This document shows, piece by piece, positions 38,537 through 52,844 of a stretch of 64,000 nucleotides of DNA. Position 1 is the first letter of the stretch. Each line of letters starts with the position of its first letter. Source of the stretch: Octopus vulgaris (Eukaryota); contig OX597820.1 of the NCBI GenBank assembly GCA_951406725.2, positions 53,258,001 to 53,322,000 of the forward strand, read 5' to 3'. The notes under the pieces were generated by a model. The model did not search any database. It worked only from the letters and a program-made list of their open reading frames with translations, and was not told where the DNA came from. The translations under genes and the position numbers were made by a program.

Positions 38537-38559
38537 GCATATATATATGTGTGTGTGTT

Positions 38560-38962
38560 CTTTTATTCTTTTATTCTTTTATCTGTTTCAATCATTAGAA
38601 TGCGACCTTGCTGGAGAACCGCCTTTAGTCGAACAAATTGATCCCAGGACTTATTCTCTGTGAGCCTAGTACTTATTCAGGTACGTAAACACACAAACAT
38701 CGGTTGTCAAGCAATGGTGGGGGGACAAACACAGACTCCTAAACATATAAACAGACACACACACGCACACACATACACACACACACCCACGCGCGCATAT
38801 ATATATACATATGACGGACTTCTTTCAGTTTTCGGCTAACAAATTCATTTGCAAGGCTTTGGTCGACCCGAGGCTATAGTAGAAACACTTGGCCAAGGTG
38901 CCACGCAGTAGGACTGAATCCGGAACCATGTAGTTGGTAAGCAAGCTACTTACCACACAGCC
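38560..38962 (-). mobile_element. SINE family B
   Basis: Reverse complement of head (GGCTGTGTGGTAAGTAGCTTGC), core and tail. Confidence 0.9.
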
Positions 38963-39028
38963 ATTAATAGCCGACGAGAATGCATTGTAGCTCTTCGCTC
39001 CGGCATTTGAAACTCTGAGTACTATAAT
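38963..39028 (+). ncRNA. Type-I hammerhead-ribozyme-like motif with CCGACGA core (best-preserved copy)
   Basis: ATTAATAG-CCGACGA-GAATGC(19 nt)GCATTT-GAAA-CTCTGAG-TA-CTATAAT: stem I 7 bp with a 1-nt bulge, stem II 6 bp, palindromic stem III ACTC-T-GAGT. Predicted cleavage after A39021. Confidence 0.75.
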
Positions 39029-39122
39029 GACAAATTACCGATTGTCCTAAACTATACATATATAAATAATCCTCAATTTACCTAATATCGAGGTCTCATT
39101 CTTTTGTTGCCACTTATATATA

Positions 39123-39182
<60 letters not shown>

Positions 39183-39216
39183 TACATATATATGTCCACT
39201 TCCTAAGTGTATTATA

Positions 39217-39256
<40 letters not shown>

Positions 39257-39854
39257 TTCTCTCTCTCTCTCATGAACAACTTCTTGTGTCCAATATTTCA
39301 AAGCGCTGAAAAAAAGCGATAAAGAATAATATGTAAATATTCGGTTGAAAACCCTCTTTTGGATGGGTAAAAGCGAAGGCTGCCTCCAGAATAGGAAACC
39401 ACAGGACAGCGAATTCATGGAACAGCTGTGTGAATGTTACACATTATGATAAATCAAAGAACGTTTCGTTATAATTTGTTGAATTATTAAGGAATCACTC
39501 TGTCAATCCAAAATATGCATATCAAATTGGTACGCTATAACCGTCACAGAGTGAGTAACAATAATTTTAATTGAATTTTGAGGATTTCGATGAATTTCGA
39601 ATTCCTGAGCGCATACCGTAGATAAAAATGGTCTTAGAAGAAATAGAATTACTGTATATACAGGCTTTAACTTGTTCGACTTCGTCAAATCTATAGTTTA
39701 ATCGTGCGAGCAGATCAATAAATAGATTTTGGTTTGTAAGAAAGACGGTTGCGTGTATTTCAGAAAATGATGATTTGCATAATTAAGGAAGAAAAGGGCT
39801 AATGAGAAAACACAAGAAAGCTAGGACATGCAGCCAAAGCAAAGAAAACTATAA

Positions 39855-40332
<478 letters not shown>

Positions 40333-40665
40333 GCCTTAATTGTTAACTTATCTAATACATACAAACACATGCACCCATATAATCACATATTTGCATATAT
40401 AGACATTCACGCGTACATACATGCACATATTTACAGTCACAAAAGATGAACGCATGCATACGTACACGCTTTTATAAAAAAACATATATACACATACACA
40501 AACACACTCTCCTTTATATGTATGTTTGTATGTATGACTGTATGTACGTATGTATGTACGTATGTATGCATTTCTTTCATTAAAGAAATTTCAATAAATG
40601 AAGAATTTATTGCTTACATCAATCTTTCTCTGAATTATGCAAAGTCATGCCGCCGACTTTTTTGA

Positions 40666-40699
<34 letters not shown>

Positions 40700-40740
40700 T
40701 CATGTATATATATTTATTTATATGTACTTATATTTGTGTG

Positions 40741-40795
<55 letters not shown>

Positions 40796-41064
40796 CCGTA
40801 CACACATATATCCGTACACACACACACAGACACACACACACACATTTATATATAAATATACATATATACATACATGTATACAAATGTTTAACTTCATTTC
40901 CTTGCATTATGTTAATATATATTTCATTAGTGTATTGGCTGTATATGTATATATATATATATATACATACACAAATATACAAGCGCGCGTGCATAGCACA
41001 AGCTTACAATCATTCATAGATGCACACATCATACATACACTCATATTAGTGAGTGCGTGTGTGA

Positions 41065-41103
<39 letters not shown>

Positions 41104-41452
41104 GGTTTTGGGTGGGTGGGACTGATTCAGGCATTTCTTTGCACGTTCAAAACAAATTTGATTCTTAATTCAAATTACGTAAGATAATCGGAAGACATTA
41201 GATATCAGACAGAAGATATTAATTCTCAGACGTATAAGTTGTAAACGTATACGTCATATAACTAGAGAAAATTTTTTTCTGTTCAATCGCTCACTAAAAT
41301 TATTTTCATTAAAAAACGCTCTATACGTAGGAACGTGCGGTCGCCATTCAAAGTGTGTCCATTTTCGCATGTATATCAGGTTTCTTTTCACGTTAATTTC
41401 TTATTGTCTGACACTGAACACATGATATATATATATATATATATAAATAACA

Positions 41453-41488
<36 letters not shown>

Positions 41489-41515
41489 GAGATATATATA
41501 TATATATATATAACA

Positions 41516-41603
<88 letters not shown>

Positions 41604-42280
41604 GTAAGCATTTATATATGTATGTAGCTATGTGTCTATGCATATATATATATATATATGTATATTTGTCGGTCCCCTTCTTTATGTAATTATTTGAAAT
41701 CTTCCTGAAAGGAAGGAGCTGGTTTCTAATACAATGATCCATTGTTGGAATGTAGATAACGAAAACAAATTCGCATTTTATATTTGAGAAATCTCTTGCA
41801 TGTATTTTTTTTTATTTGTTTACAGATTGTTTTTTTTCTTTTTTCTGCACCAGCAATGTATGTATGTATGTATATACATGAGTATTTATGCATATATATG
41901 TGTACAAACGTATTTATGTATTTACGCATATATGTATGTACATATGTATGTATGCATGCATTTATGTATGTGTGTGTGTGCATGTACGAATGTATATATG
42001 CTCACTTAAAGCAGCATTTTGTCTTATTTCCTCACGTAAATACAGCCTCCGTTTCTCTCTTTATCTAACGAAAGAAATGTTGTCATTTCGAAACGAAAGA
42101 AACGTCAGACAAAGGGTTAGCATCACATCTTTCGACTCTTTACATTCTGAGTTCAAATCTCGCCGACGTTATCTTTGCCTTTCATACTTTCGATTTCGAA
42201 GAAGTGGAGTCTATATAAGTATACATGTATATATATATATCCATTCATCTTTCTATCTATTTATCTTTCAATCTATCTAT

Positions 42281-42318
<38 letters not shown>

Positions 42319-43124
42319 AATGAACTTTTAGATAATAATAACCATTTGCTTCCTACAAATATAATTATAATAGGCGTCTTTGTCTTCATAAATACATGCA
42401 CACACTTATAGATGTATGTAAACATACCATATATATATGTATATATGCATGAGTGTGTGTATATATATATGTGTTTGTATCTGCGTGTGTGTGTTTCTCT
42501 GTGTGCATGTGTGTATCTGTGAGCATGCGCGCGCGCGTGCGTGTGTGTGTTTTAATAAATGACATGTAAGGGTAGAACAGTGAATTAGTTCGGTAAGAAA
42601 ATTCCTTATCACATTCATGGATCATATAGATAAACTAGAGATAAAAAACAAAAATAAATTATAGACTGAGTAAATAAAAAAAAAGGAAGAGTGAAGCAGA
42701 CAGACAAACGAAGAGAAAGACATATCTATGTAAAAAGTTTATGCGCTATCCATACAGTTGAAGTCATGTATGCTGATAACTAAAGTATATGTTCCATCTT
42801 ACCTCTCTCAATTTACATCTTCACGGATAAACTAAAAGCTCATGCTGTGTGTAATGGCATGGAAATCAAGATGTTTCGATATTGGAGAATTCTCTTGAGA
42901 ATTGGATCACTATCAGGACAAGCTTTCTTTCCATTCAGTTTTCTTCTCATTCAATGATACGGAATTGGATATATTTGATTTATATTTCAAATGATTTTTC
43001 TTGTCTATTTAATAAATTTGTTACTTGATTTCTCTTGCAAATTATACTAAACCTTTAAATTAATATAAATTTCGGTGTGTTAACCGAATTAATATTTATG
43101 GGCATTAATATTTATGGACGTTAA

Positions 43125-43817
43125 GGGGGTGAGCAGGGAGAAACATTACGGTGCCGGGCACATTGCTATTCGTCTATCTTTAAGCGACATTTCGTCCATC
43201 TTTAAATCCTGAGTTCAAATTCTGCCTAGGTCGGCTTTGCCTTTCGTCCTTTCGGGGTCGATAAATTAAGTACTAGTTATGTACTTAGGGTCGATGTAAT
43301 CAACTTACATCCTGTCCCGAAATTGATGGCCTTGTGCCAAAATTCGAAGCCAATATTTATAGACATTAAGTTGGCAAGATGGCGAAAATATTACAGCGCC
43401 GGGCAAAATGCTTCGCGGCATTTCGTCCGTCTTTAAGTTCTGAGTTCAAATTTCGCTGAGGTCAACTTTGCCTTTCGTTTTTTCGGGGTCGATAAAATAA
43501 ATACCAACTAAGCATTGGGGTCAATGTAATAGACTTACATCGTTTCCCAGCAATGATGACCTTGTGCCAAAATTTGAAGCTAATATTTTCATGTAGCAAT
43601 TGAAGATGGACCTGACAGTATCGTTAGCACGCCGGGTACAATGCTTAGTAGCTTTTCGTCCGTTTTTACGTTCTGAATTCCTATTCCGCCGAGGTCGACT
43701 TTGCCTTTCGTCTTTTCGATCTGTCGATAAAATATGTACCAATTGAACACTGGGGTTGATATCATTGACTTGCACCCTTTCCCGAAATTGATGGCCCTGT
43801 ACTAATATTTGAAACAT
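43125..43817 (+). mobile_element. Three head-to-tail SINE family A copies
   Basis: Three ~230-245 bp units, each with B-box, core and a CTTGTGCCAAAATT-like tail, separated by related AATATTTAT..TTAAG spacers. Confidence 0.92.
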
Positions 43818-44082
43818 ATAAATAAATAAATAAATGTGCTCTTTTAAAGCTTAGCCAGGCTCATGGGCCGGGTTTCCCGGTTTCTATGGCGTATGTGTTC
43901 CCCAACTGGACGGGATGCCGGTCCATCGCAGCGTTACTCATTTTTGCCAGCTGAGTGGAGTGGAGCAACGTGAAATGAAGTGTTTTGCTCAAGAACACAA
44001 CGCGTCGCCCGGTCCAGGAATCGAAACCACAATCTTACGATTATGATGCTGACACTCTAACCACTAAGCCACGCGCCTCCAC
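43818..44082 (-). mobile_element. SINE family C (V-domain-like), full length with 11-bp TSD
   Basis: A-box TGGCTTAGTGG, B-box GGTTTCGATTCC, GCTGCGATGGACCGGCATCCCGTCCAG, (TTTA)n tail. TSD ATTTGAAACAT at 43807-43817 and 44083-44093. Confidence 0.95.
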
Positions 44083-45585
44083 ATTTGAAACATTTATTTA
44101 TGGATATTTTTTCTTTGTATGTCAATGAATGTTGGTAAACTGTTTTAGTAAAATAGTTTAGGCTGACATGTTTGCTCTGTATTCTGGATCTGCATCTAGT
44201 CGTCTGTGTTGATTTCATTCTTTAAATTTTTTCCTGGTTTTAAAAATGGATCAAAAGAACAGTGCTTTTATTTGCTTCTATCAACCCTCACTAATTTATC
44301 TGCTTCTTGTTTTGTCTCGCTTGTAACAGAAGACCTAGTAAGCAGAGATAACACGTTCTGTTACAAACTGTTTTAAATATAATACACCAAATTTTGTACT
44401 TCCCAAGTTGATATAATTATGTCGTGTGTGTGTGTGTGTGTGTGCCATGTACATATTAGATAAATTTAGAAAGAAACCAACTAGAGAACAATAACCCAAT
44501 ATTCAGCTGATGACAGTGAATATGATAATATACAGTGTGTGTTTGAGACCCCCAGAACGAGACGGATATCTTTAGAGTTTCCGCCAACAAATTTATTAAC
44601 AATGTACTCACAATAGGCAAGCTTAGCTTTCGGCATAAATTTTCGCTTCTAATTTATGTAATATTTCTTTATATCGACATTGTTCATTTTGATTATGTTT
44701 CTTTTGACAGACAGCATTGACATTGTATTATCTTGACATTGTTTCATTTTGACATTGCACACATTGTTCGCAGCTAGTATTATTCGCAGAATTAATGTTG
44801 AGAATAATGAACTTATAAGAACATGGAAGAGCCTTCAACTGAGTTTTTGTTTTTTTTTAATTATTTTCGGTAAAACAAGAACCAGCTGAATACACATGTA
44901 TAAATGTACAATTTACAATTTACATTTTTGTGTAAGCATATTTCACAGATGAGATCCAGATATTCTCCGTAGAGTTAAACTTTGTAGTGCTTACAAGATT
45001 CAAACTTTTGCTCTGATGTTATGTGCTTCCGATGTCTTTACAGGGGCTATTCTACAAGGTAAAGAAAGGCATAAGGAGGATCAGGTTGACCAGGTATAGA
45101 AGCAAATGTGGGGATAAGCCAATTAGACACATCAGTATATAAAGTATAATAGATACATGAAATACGAAATGTTAGATTTGTAATACTTTTCTTCAACCTC
45201 TTTAATTCAGGATATCATTTCTATTCTGTGTAAGTCGGACTTTTTTTTTATGTTAACATACATACATTTTTTGTATTTCATGTATTTTATATACTTTGTA
45301 TATTGACCTGCCTAACTTGCTTATCCTTTCATTTACTTCTCTGAAATACAAAATATGTATATAGGTATACATATAAAAAGGTTCAACTTACACAGAGTAC
45401 AAATGACATAGAAGGTTAAGGAGCGGAAGAAAGGTGTTACAAAACCAACAGCTGTTTCTGGGGGCTCTGCGATCTATAATAATGCTTGTGGATTAATTCT
45501 ATCATAGAATGTGACCGTATGGATTCATTTAACATAGGATGAGACGAGCCTATGTCTTCAGGGAAGAGATCTTAAATTTGTGTGC

Positions 45586-45656
<71 letters not shown>

Positions 45657-45826
45657 TGTGTGTGCGTGTGTGTGTGGTGCGTATTTCAATACGCTTGAGT
45701 GTATGGACGCATCTCTGTCTGTATGAATAGATATGTTTAGGAAAGGAAGCCTGTTAATTCTTGCGATAACGTGTATCCCAATAAACCGTATATATGTATT
45801 CATATGGATATATACATTTAGTGAAT

Positions 45827-46102
45827 CACGTGGCTTAGTTGTTAGTGTATTCGGCTTGCAGTTATAAGGTCATGAGTTCGATTCCCGGCGGCACGTTGTC
45901 TCTTTGAACAAGACACTTCATTTCACATTACTCCAAATCACCCAGTTGTAGTACCTGTGTTGAAAGGGCCAGCCTTTCAGCACTCTGAGAACTACGTTAA
46001 GGGCACGCATGTCTGTGTAACAATTTGCACGTTAATTTCATAAGTTGGCTGTTCCGCTAGTCGGATCAACTGCAATCCTGAACGTTGTAACCGACGGAAT
46101 GT
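45827..46102 (+). mobile_element. tRNA-derived SINE (family C-like head, different 3' body)
   Basis: CGTGGCTTAGTTGTTAG A-box, GAGTTCGATTCCC B-box, CTTTGAACAAGACACTTCATTTCAC. 3' part GTTAAGGGCACGCATGTCTGTG..TTGCACGTTAATTTC is related to 51535-51620 (minus) and 58970-59085. Confidence 0.8.
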
Positions 46103-46190
46103 AGATCACTTACATTTATATATGTATGGAAGTTATGAAGATGCAGAAAGATGAATGCGTATGTAGTCTCTGGCTGACTGTCTCCTCTCG

Positions 46191-46260
<70 letters not shown>

Positions 46261-46759
46261 TCTTAATAATTGGTACGACTCTCTGTTTGTTTCTCTCTCT
46301 CTCTCATTTTTACTTGATCTGTCCCCCTCTCTCTCTTTTCTCTCTACTCATCCTCTTTTTCTCTTCTCTTTCCTCTGATTCTTTGGTCTAGTCTTCCACT
46401 ACCCTCCTATTTCTTTGTCTCGCTCTGCACTCACAGGTCATTCTTCGACACCCATCCCTTCTCCTCTCTGATTCCTTCTTTCTCTCTCTTCTCTCTCTTT
46501 GTTGCGTTTGTCCCTCCTCTCTCTCTCTCTTCCTTTGCTTCTCTTTCTTTTCTTTTCCCTCTTCTCTGTCACGTGACTGTTGGCCGAAATCTGCCTTTCA
46601 GCCTCTGACCCTCGTTCTGTTAACATCGCTGTTTTCGTCCGCCACTATAAAGGCTTTTTCCATTGCGCCAGAGAAAAAATTTGTTTGCTTGTTATCAGTC
46701 GTAAGACACTGTTGTTTTCACCGTTAATGCTTCTGTATTTCATGTTTCTGTATTCCATT

Positions 46760-47049
46760 ATTGTTTTTTGTTTTTTTATATCTGTCCCTTTTGCTGTCCT
46801 GGTGTTCGTATGCATTCGATCCTTCTTCCAGGAAATCTACGCTTCCAGCTTAGTTTTTCTAATGCTCGTTGCTTGGTTTTTCTTGGAGGGCTGGCCGTGA
46901 TCTAGTAATCTCAAGATTAATCAGCCGAAATTACTACGATGATCCGGTTCTTGACTGAAGACTGAGGGTTTCGAATGTCCTGTCCGTGTTTATTGTGTCG
47001 TCTTCTAAGAGTTATACGTTCTTGTCCATGTTGTATTTTTCTACATACC

Positions 47050-47050
<1 letters not shown>
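46760..47050 (+). mobile_element. Dispersed ~300-bp repeat, copy 2 (see 25500-25797); may extend 5' to ~46570
   Basis: Direct alignment to 25500-25797. Followed by (TA)n. Confidence 0.9.
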
Positions 47051-47091
<41 letters not shown>

Positions 47092-48013
47092 CATATAAAG
47101 AGAGAGAGAGAGATGCAGACACATAGACACACACTCAAGCCACACATACGTTATATATATAAAGAGTGTGTGTGTATCGTGGAAGGTCAGTAATTTGAAA
47201 CACTTGGCAGTCATGTCGAGTGAGAGTTTACTTTATAAAAGTATCTAATAAATTTGTATTTTTCTTTATTTTATCGTTGCAATAAGGATGAAAAAGCAAA
47301 TTTTGACCTCAACAGGATTTGAGCATAAATCATAGAGCTGGAACAAATTTCCAACATTTTTTCTTTTTTCTTTTTTTTTTGGGGAGGGGGGGGGGTGTGT
47401 GCGCTCTAACACTTTTTTTTTCAGCTCGTTGCTTTGACACGTTTCTAATTTAGGCACAGCGCCAGCAGTTTTCGACATGAGAGGATTTAATCGATATCGT
47501 TCACCTTCTGATTGGTATTGTATTTATTAACCCCAAAAGGAAACGCAACGTTGACCTCAACGGAATTTGAAGCTCAGAATGTAATGAACCGAACGTCGCA
47601 AAAGCATTTCATTGGATGCGTTAAAGACTCAGACAACCTAATATCTTAGATCATTCCTAATTGTGGCACAAGAATTGAAATGTGAATGAAGAATATTAGT
47701 GGGTTATATCAACCCCAGTTCATGACTGTTACTATAATTTATTGAGTCTAGAGAAATGAGAGCGCTGGAAGAAATAATGCAAAACATGTTTACCTGACGC
47801 TCTAACTACTCAGCCAAATGATGACAAAACCATTCTTTGAGCGGTTTAAAGTTCACATTATACCAAGAATGTTATTGGTTCTTAATAACGTAATTCGTTC
47901 TATGTCTATTTTTGTACATTCCCGATTAATATAAGTTGAGTCATTTAGAAGGAAAAAAAAAGTCTTCACACCTTTGTAAACTAACTATACTCGTGATTTT
48001 GTGTTTGTGTGTT

Positions 48014-48077
<64 letters not shown>

Positions 48078-48229
48078 CGGGATGGTGTACTCGGCCGGGG
48101 GCTGTAATGTGTTATAAATATATATATATTTATAAATATAATGTACATGTAAACACATTTCGTCGAATATCTAAACACCGCGTAGATATTGAATAATAAT
48201 TGGAAACACAGACACATCACTTATAAATA

Positions 48230-48299
<70 letters not shown>

Positions 48300-49002
48300 T
48301 ATATATATAATGCATATATATATAACTTCAGACATCTATACATATATTTTTGTGTAACTATGCATACATGTACATGCACATACAAATGAATGCTCATATA
48401 TACATATAAGCGTACATTCACATTAAACCAACAGTTCATACACGTACACACACACACACACACATGTGCCATATGCATGCACACTCACACACGCGCATAC
48501 TCATAAACAAACGCACATATACGCACATACGCATGCATACCCACAGACGCATAATCAATTAAAATTGGGAATGAAAATAGCTGTTCTGTTTTCTGCTTGA
48601 TTACACCTGTTCGAAATTAGTGATTCATTCATTCCATGGTTCCAATATTCGATTTGAACTTTGTGTGTCTCTGTATTCCTCGATTTCTCACACATTCTTA
48701 TACACAAAATAAATGCCTCTCATTCACACACACACCCATATAATAAACTGATATACACATACATACTTATGAATATGTATACGTATATACATGCTTACTT
48801 GTACGCATACATGTATACATATACATACATATGAATATACACGCATAATTCTCACATACATTATATATATACATATATATATATATGCATATATATATAC
48901 ATATACACATATATAGACATATATATATATACATACATATAAATATACATGTATACACATGCATATATATATACACATATACACATACATAGACATATAT
49001 AC

Positions 49003-49033
<31 letters not shown>

Positions 49034-49056
49034 CATGCATATATATATACACATGC

Positions 49057-49095
<39 letters not shown>

Positions 49096-49409
49096 ATCAT
49101 GCACGCATTTCTATCATTTTACTTATAATTCGATTTCACTGAATGTTTACGAAAATGCCTCAAGTCGCATGACCTAATTGCATTTGTTCATATCCACAAT
49201 AAACACACACTCCAACAGTCGAAGCCCTAAGTCTAATAATAATCTCTAACCCCTAACCCTAACCCCGAGCCCTTAATCCATAACCTAACACTTTTCTTTT
49301 CAACTCCAATACCTTCTCTCACTTTCGTTTTTTGTTTTATATTCTTTTTTTCAAATATATATTCACGACTGTCTTCAATACCGACACCTCCATTTTAATT
49401 TGGATAGCG

Positions 49410-50720
49410 CTATAGTATCACTACTACCACCACCACCAACACCACCACCAGCAACAACAACATCAACAACACGAAGACCACGATCTTCTTAACTAGTAAC
49501 ACCACCACCACCACTACCAGGTCTTCTACCAACATCAACACCACCACTATACCGCTGTCACAACCAATACCACCACCATTACCACCACTACCACCTTCAC
49601 CACAACCACCACCACCACCACCATCACTACCCCACTCCACTACCACCATCAACACCACCACTAAAACCACCGTCGCCGCCAGTATTACCACCACCACCGC
49701 CACAATAAACACCACCATCACCACCAGTGCCACCCCCACCACTGCCACCCCCACCACTACCACTCCCACCACTACTATCCCCTTCACCACCACCACCACA
49801 ACCACAATTACCAGTACCACCAGCATCACAGTTATCACCGCCACAACCATCACCACAGCACCATCACAATCATCACCTCCACCACCACACCGGCATCACC
49901 TCCGGCACCAACACCACCACCACAACCACTAACACCATCACCACCACTACCACCCCCGCTACCACCATTGTCTTCACCGCAACCACCACCACCACCACTA
50001 CCACAATTACCAGCACCGCCAGCATCACTGTTATCACCGCCACAACCAACACCACCACCACAACACCATTACCATCATCACTACCATCACCACCATCACC
50101 ACCATCACCACGATCTCCAACAGAACTACAACCATCCCAGATACTACCAGCACCTCCCCACTACCATGACGTTCTCTAATACCACCACTACCACCTCCCA
50201 CCACCAACAGCACCATTATCACCACCATTTCCATCACCACCATCGAAACCAAAACTATCACACTCAGTATCCACCTTCTTCCTCTACTACCTCTGCCAGC
50301 ACCATCTTACCAGTGACCCCTTATCTAACACCATTGCATCTACTACTATTATCACTCCCACTATCTCCCCAACCACCAAAACCACCGCCACCACCACCAC
50401 CTCTATCACTATCAAATCCAATACCACCAATGTCATTTCCACCGCAACGACGACAACATCTATGCGTGCGTCTGTAACAATCACTGCCGCCGTCACCCAT
50501 GCTACTATCTCTCCCATGAAAACTACCACCTTTGCTGCCACTGCCTATACTTCAACCACAGTCTCCGACACTATTATTTCCATTGCAATCACCGATTTTA
50601 TTACCCACCACCTCCACCACCACCACCACCACAACTACTACTATGTCTACGACATGTTGCGTTTGCTATCACAATTACTCTTATTTCTTTTGCACTGCAT
50701 TACTACCACCAGCACAACTT
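49410..50720. repeat. Degenerate (ACC)n/(GGT)n low-complexity tract, ~1.3 kb, with an internal duplication offset by 199 bp
   Basis: CCACAATTACCAG(T/C)ACC(A/G)CCAGCATCAC(A/T)GTTATCACCGCCACAACC at 49802 and 50001. Confidence 0.92.
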
Positions 50721-50748
50721 CCATAGCAATTAATCAACAGCCATCACA

Positions 50749-51495
50749 GGGCGACGAGCGAGCAGAAGTGTGCCAGATGCTTAGCTGTGTTTCGGCTATC
50801 TTTACGTTCTGAGTTCAAATTCTGCCGAGGTCTGCTTTGCATTTCATCCTTTCGGGATCGATAATATAAATACCAGCTGAACAATAGGGTTGATGTAATT
50901 GACTAGCGCTCACCCACTAAAGAGTTTCAGACCTTATGCTTACCGTAAAACGAATTCATCTATAACAACCATCACACAGATACACTTGTTGGCTAGAAAT
51001 GTTACTTCTACTAATTCCTCCAATATCATTTCTGCACTACTACAACATTAACCCTATAACCATGACTACCAGGAACATCATTATTGCCACCACAACCATC
51101 ATCACCACAACCGATATTACTGTGCTATCAAGGCGGCGAGCTGGCAGAATCGTTAGCGTGCTGGACGAAATGCTACGTTCTGAGTTCAAATTCCACCTAG
51201 GTCGACGATGCCTTTCGTCCTTTAGGGGTCGAAAAATTAAGTACCAGTAAAACACTCCTCAACAATTTCAGACCTTGTGTCTATAGTAGGAAGGATTTAA
51301 GGCGGCGAGCGAGCGAAGTGCTTAGCGGTATTTCGTCTGTCTTTACGTTCTGAGTTCAAATTCCGCCGAGGTCGACTTTGCCTTTCATCCTTTCGGGGTT
51401 GAAAAATTAAGTACCAGTTTCGTACTGGTGTCGATCTAATCAACTGGCCCCACTCCCCTAAAATTTCGGGCCTTGTGCCTAGAATAGAAAAGGAT
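50749..51495 (+). mobile_element. Three SINE family A copies (50749-50960; tandem pair 51130-51495)
   Basis: Family head and core. The tandem pair is flanked by GATATTACTGT (51113 and 51493). Confidence 0.9.
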
Positions 51496-51949
51496 ATTAC
51501 TGTCCTGTCTCTCCTTCGATTATATTAATGAGTGTTCCAGTTAATACGATCGCTAGTGAAATTAATGTGCAAGTGGCTGAGCACACCACAGAAATGCGTA
51601 CTCTTAACGTATTTCATTTAGATTCAGCCTGACATAGAAGGTGGCCAGATGAGTGAATGTGAGCAACCAGAAATAGTGTCTTGCTTAAGAACACAACGCG
51701 CCGCCAGGAATCGAATCCACGACCTTATGATTAAGCCACGCGCCTTCATACTACCATCACTGACGACTTTAATAAATGCTAAAATAATTACCCTACGTTA
51801 TTCCCGTCTGCAGTTATTACTACACTACTAGTAAACCAGCGATACAACCACCACCACCATCACCACCAATACCATTTATCTAGCGATAGTTTAAAACAAC
51901 AAACACTAACATTACCATCGTTGGCATCATTAATAACTATTAAAATATT

Positions 51950-52345
51950 GATTTCAAATTTTGACACAAGGCCAGCAATTTCGCGGGAGGAGGTAATTGA
52001 TTACATTGACCCCAGTGCTGAAATGGTTCTTATTTTTTCGACCCCGATAGAATGACAAGCAACGTCGGCCATAGTGGAATTTAGTCTCAGAACGAAAAGA
52101 CCGACGAAATGTAACTAAGCATGTTGTCCGGCGTGCTAACGATTCTGCCATTGCGGTATTGCTACTACTACCGTCTTAAAATTCTTTCAAATTTTTGTGC
52201 AAGGCCTGCAACTCTGAGGTGGTATAGGGAGCAACTCAGTTATTGACACCGAAAGGATGAAAGGCAAAATTGGCCTCGGTGGGATTTGAACTCTGAAGTT
52301 AAAGAGTTGGACGTAACTCCGCAAAGAGTTTCGTTGCCTCTACTA
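51950..52345 (-). mobile_element. Two degenerate SINE family A copies
   Basis: Reverse-complement core and head (CGGCGTGCTAACGATTCTGCCA; GAAAGGATGAAAGGCAAAA). Confidence 0.8.
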
Positions 52346-52844
52346 ACTCCACTGTTGTTCCAACACTTGACAATACCATCGATAGAACCACCACCAGAAC
52401 CCCCACTACTATCACAAGCACATCTACCACCACCTATACTCTAACTCTACGTGAAAATCATTAACACCAACACCAATACAAACATTATTACTGATGCTTA
52501 TACTTTGTCACTACAAAACCGAATGCTATGTATTTGGGATACAGAGTATATGTTGAAGATGCAGCTACACCTCTTCGAATACAGGAACCGGTATGTCATC
52601 AAGAAATAAAATTGCTCCATAAGTAATCCTGTCACTTCCATCGTGACACTAGAGTTATCCGAGGCCACCTACTGACGCAGTGTGAAAATTCCTGCACAAC
52701 ACCACATAATTAGTTGAGCCACATGATGCGATTCAGAGTCTGCATCTAATTAAGTAACCGATAATTCTATCAGAATAGATCCGTAACCAAAGAGTTCCTC
52801 GAAGCTGGTGTTTACATATAGTATTCATATTGCTTCACTTTGTT

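Noticed and set aside
43091-43817. CRISPR-like repeat/spacer array
   Set aside because: The 'spacers' are homologous SINE copies and the 'repeats' are target duplications. The context is eukaryotic and there are no cas genes.
43990-44082. tRNA gene (A and B boxes)
   Set aside because: This is the tRNA-derived head of a SINE with a TSD and tail, with no complete cloverleaf or acceptor stem. The same applies to the other SINE heads.
44495-44590. CTGATGA at ~44506 as a hammerhead core
   Set aside because: I found no stem II closed by GAAA downstream.
49225-49290. Interstitial telomere (CCCTAA)n
   Set aside because: Only about 3 imperfect units. Short TAACCC runs are common within invertebrate repeats.
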